Source of the DNA: Chlorokybus atmophyticus
Lineage: Eukaryota > Plantae > Mesostigma and Chlorokybus algae
Direction: 5' to 3'
Assembly (NCBI GenBank): GCA_009103225.1
Contig: RHPI01002836.1
Location: forward strand, 186,001-250,000
DNA: 64,000 nucleotides
The translations under genes and the position numbers were made by a program. Under the pieces are notes generated by a model, which worked only from the letters and a program-made list of their open reading frames with translations, was not told the DNA's origin and did not search any database. Positions 62,341 through 64,000 of this stretch are shown one piece after another (positions within the stretch are counted from its first letter, which is position 1; every line of letters begins with the position of its first letter).

Positions 62341-64000
62341 TGTAACCTAGGGTTCGTCGGAGCGGCCTATGCGGTCGCCTGTGACATAGGGTTCATCGGA
62401 GCGGCCTATGCGGTCGCCTGTCACGCCGCCGGCAGCCTGATGTTTGGTGTGCCTAAGGTAGTAGTAGTTCAGGCAGTGCTGGCGGAGGTGTGGTAGCGGA
62501 GTGCTAGCTTGTGTTGCACAAGAGTGTTATCCAGTGCAAGTTGTTGCAGAGATCAGCAAGCTGAGAAACACCAAGGATGATGACATCCCTACCGTGTCGG
62601 CGGCATCGTCGACTTCAGAGGAGACTCGGAGGCAGCCCTCACACTTCAACATGGAGGAGCTGGGGCGCTGCAACATGTATGAGATGGACATCAAGTTCAC
62701 CACTGAGGAGCCTATCTTTAGGAGGCAGTACCCGCTCAGCCAAGTGGAGAAAGAGGGAGTCTAGCAAAAGTGTGATGAACTCTTAGAGGCCGGGCTGATT
62801 GAGGAGTCGATCTCCAGCTATGCATCTGCAGTTGTCATGCCCAGGAAGAAAGACTCAGAGGGCAATTGGACTCAGATGCGCATGTGTGTGGACTTCCGAC
62901 CTGCCAATGCTGCCACTAAGACCAACAGATACCCGATGCCCACTGCCGAAGACATTTTCGATGAAGTGGCCGACGCAAAGATCTTTACCATTATTAATCT
63001 GCGTGCTGGCTTCCATCAGATTGGGATCAGGGAATCGGACCGGCACAAGACTGCATTCTGGGGCAACAGAGTGTTGTACCAGTGGAAGGTCATGCCCTTT
63101 GGCATGAAGAACGCTCCGGCGGTCTTCCAGCGTGTAATGGACCGGGTCCTTCGAGGCCTCCCTTTTACGCGCTGCTACATCGATGACGTCTTGGTCTTCA
63201 GCAACACCATGGAGGAGCATCTGCAGCACCTGAAGCAAGTGTTTGAGAGGATCAAGGCTGCCAACATGACCTGTCATCCAGAGAAGTGCAAATTTGCAGC
63301 AGATACAGTACAGTACCTGGGGCATGAGATTGTGCCCGGAGGAGTGCAGGTGCAGAAGGCGAAGGTTGAGGCCATCGCTCAGGTGCCAGCACCCACAGAC
63401 ATCAGCAGGCTCAGGGCATTCTTGGGCCTGGCCAACTACTACAAGAGATTTGTGAAGGACTACAGCAAGTTAGCAAGGCCACTGAATGACCTGCTGAAGA
63501 AGAAGCAACGTTGGCAGTGGGACACAAGCTGTCAACAAGCATTTAAGCTGATCAAGGAGAAGCTCAGTGAAGCACCAGTGCTGAGGTCACACGACTACAA
63601 TAAGGAGTTCATCCTGCACACCGATTGGAGCAAGTTGGGCATTGGCGCTGTGTTGTGTCAGAAGGACGACGATGGGGCAGAGTACGTGGTGGCCTATGCC
63701 AGTAGGAGCAACAACAAGGCGGAAGGCAACTACAGCTCCTATGAAGGGGAATGTTTGGCGGCTGTGTGGGCAGTGGTGCATTTCAATCCTTTCCTATTTG
63801 GCAGGAGGTTCACTCTGCTGACAGACCATCAACCTTTGAAATGGCTGCTCACCAACAGCCATGTGACGGAGAAGCATGCTCGGTGGGCACTCATCCTGCA
63901 GGAGTACGACTTCAGCATCGAGCACAAGGCAGGGTTGGCCAACATGGACGCTGATGGACTCAGCCGCAATCTTGTAGCTGACACTATCGACAAGAGCGAA
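62341..64000 (+). mobile_element. pol: Ty3/Gypsy fragment: putative terminus with a 39-bp tandem duplication, then RT-RNase H (~62640 to beyond 64000)
   Basis: TGTAACCTAGGG start; YASAVVMPRKKDSEGNWTQMRMCVDFR; RCYIDDVLVFS; HTDWSKLGIGAVL; YSSYEGECLAAVW. One TAG at 62762-62764. Runs off the window edge. Confidence 0.88.

Noticed and set aside
61245-62425. CRISPR-like arrays (the 57-bp and 39-bp repeats)
   Set aside because: The repeats are tandem without unique spacers, no cas genes are present, and the context is eukaryotic.

Overview
Repeat-rich eukaryotic DNA with GT-AG introns and several N gaps. It is most likely a green plant-lineage alga, probably a streptophyte (inferred from a plant-type U-box/ARM gene, chromoviral Ty3/Gypsy elements and a DNMT-bearing Gypsy). 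Positions 1-30 kb hold host genes: an ABM monooxygenase, a 4-exon UNC93-like MFS gene and a U-box/ARM pseudogene. These sit inside a decaying ~7-kb tandem duplication (module X, orphan gene Y, exons Z, UNC93) that ends in a ~2-kb palindrome. One palindrome arm is interrupted by the most interesting object, an 11,029-bp Ty3/Gypsy element (31092-42120, 4-bp TSD TTGC). It encodes gag plus a long ORF2 (unknown ~760-aa N-terminus, protease, C5 DNA cytosine methyltransferase, RT, RNase H, DDE integrase, PHD finger). Instead of normal LTRs it appears to have Ngaro/TOC1-like split direct repeats A1-ORFs-B1-A2-B2 with a palindromic GACA-GC-TGTC junction; a one-base N gap at 41895 leaves the A2-B2 join unconfirmed. 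Positions 47.8-64 kb are a nest of elements: an old chromoviral Gypsy, a rearranged chromovirus inserted in its LTR (TSD GGCCC), a putative DNA transposon end with a spliced unknown gene, and the RT-RNase H of another Gypsy running off the window.
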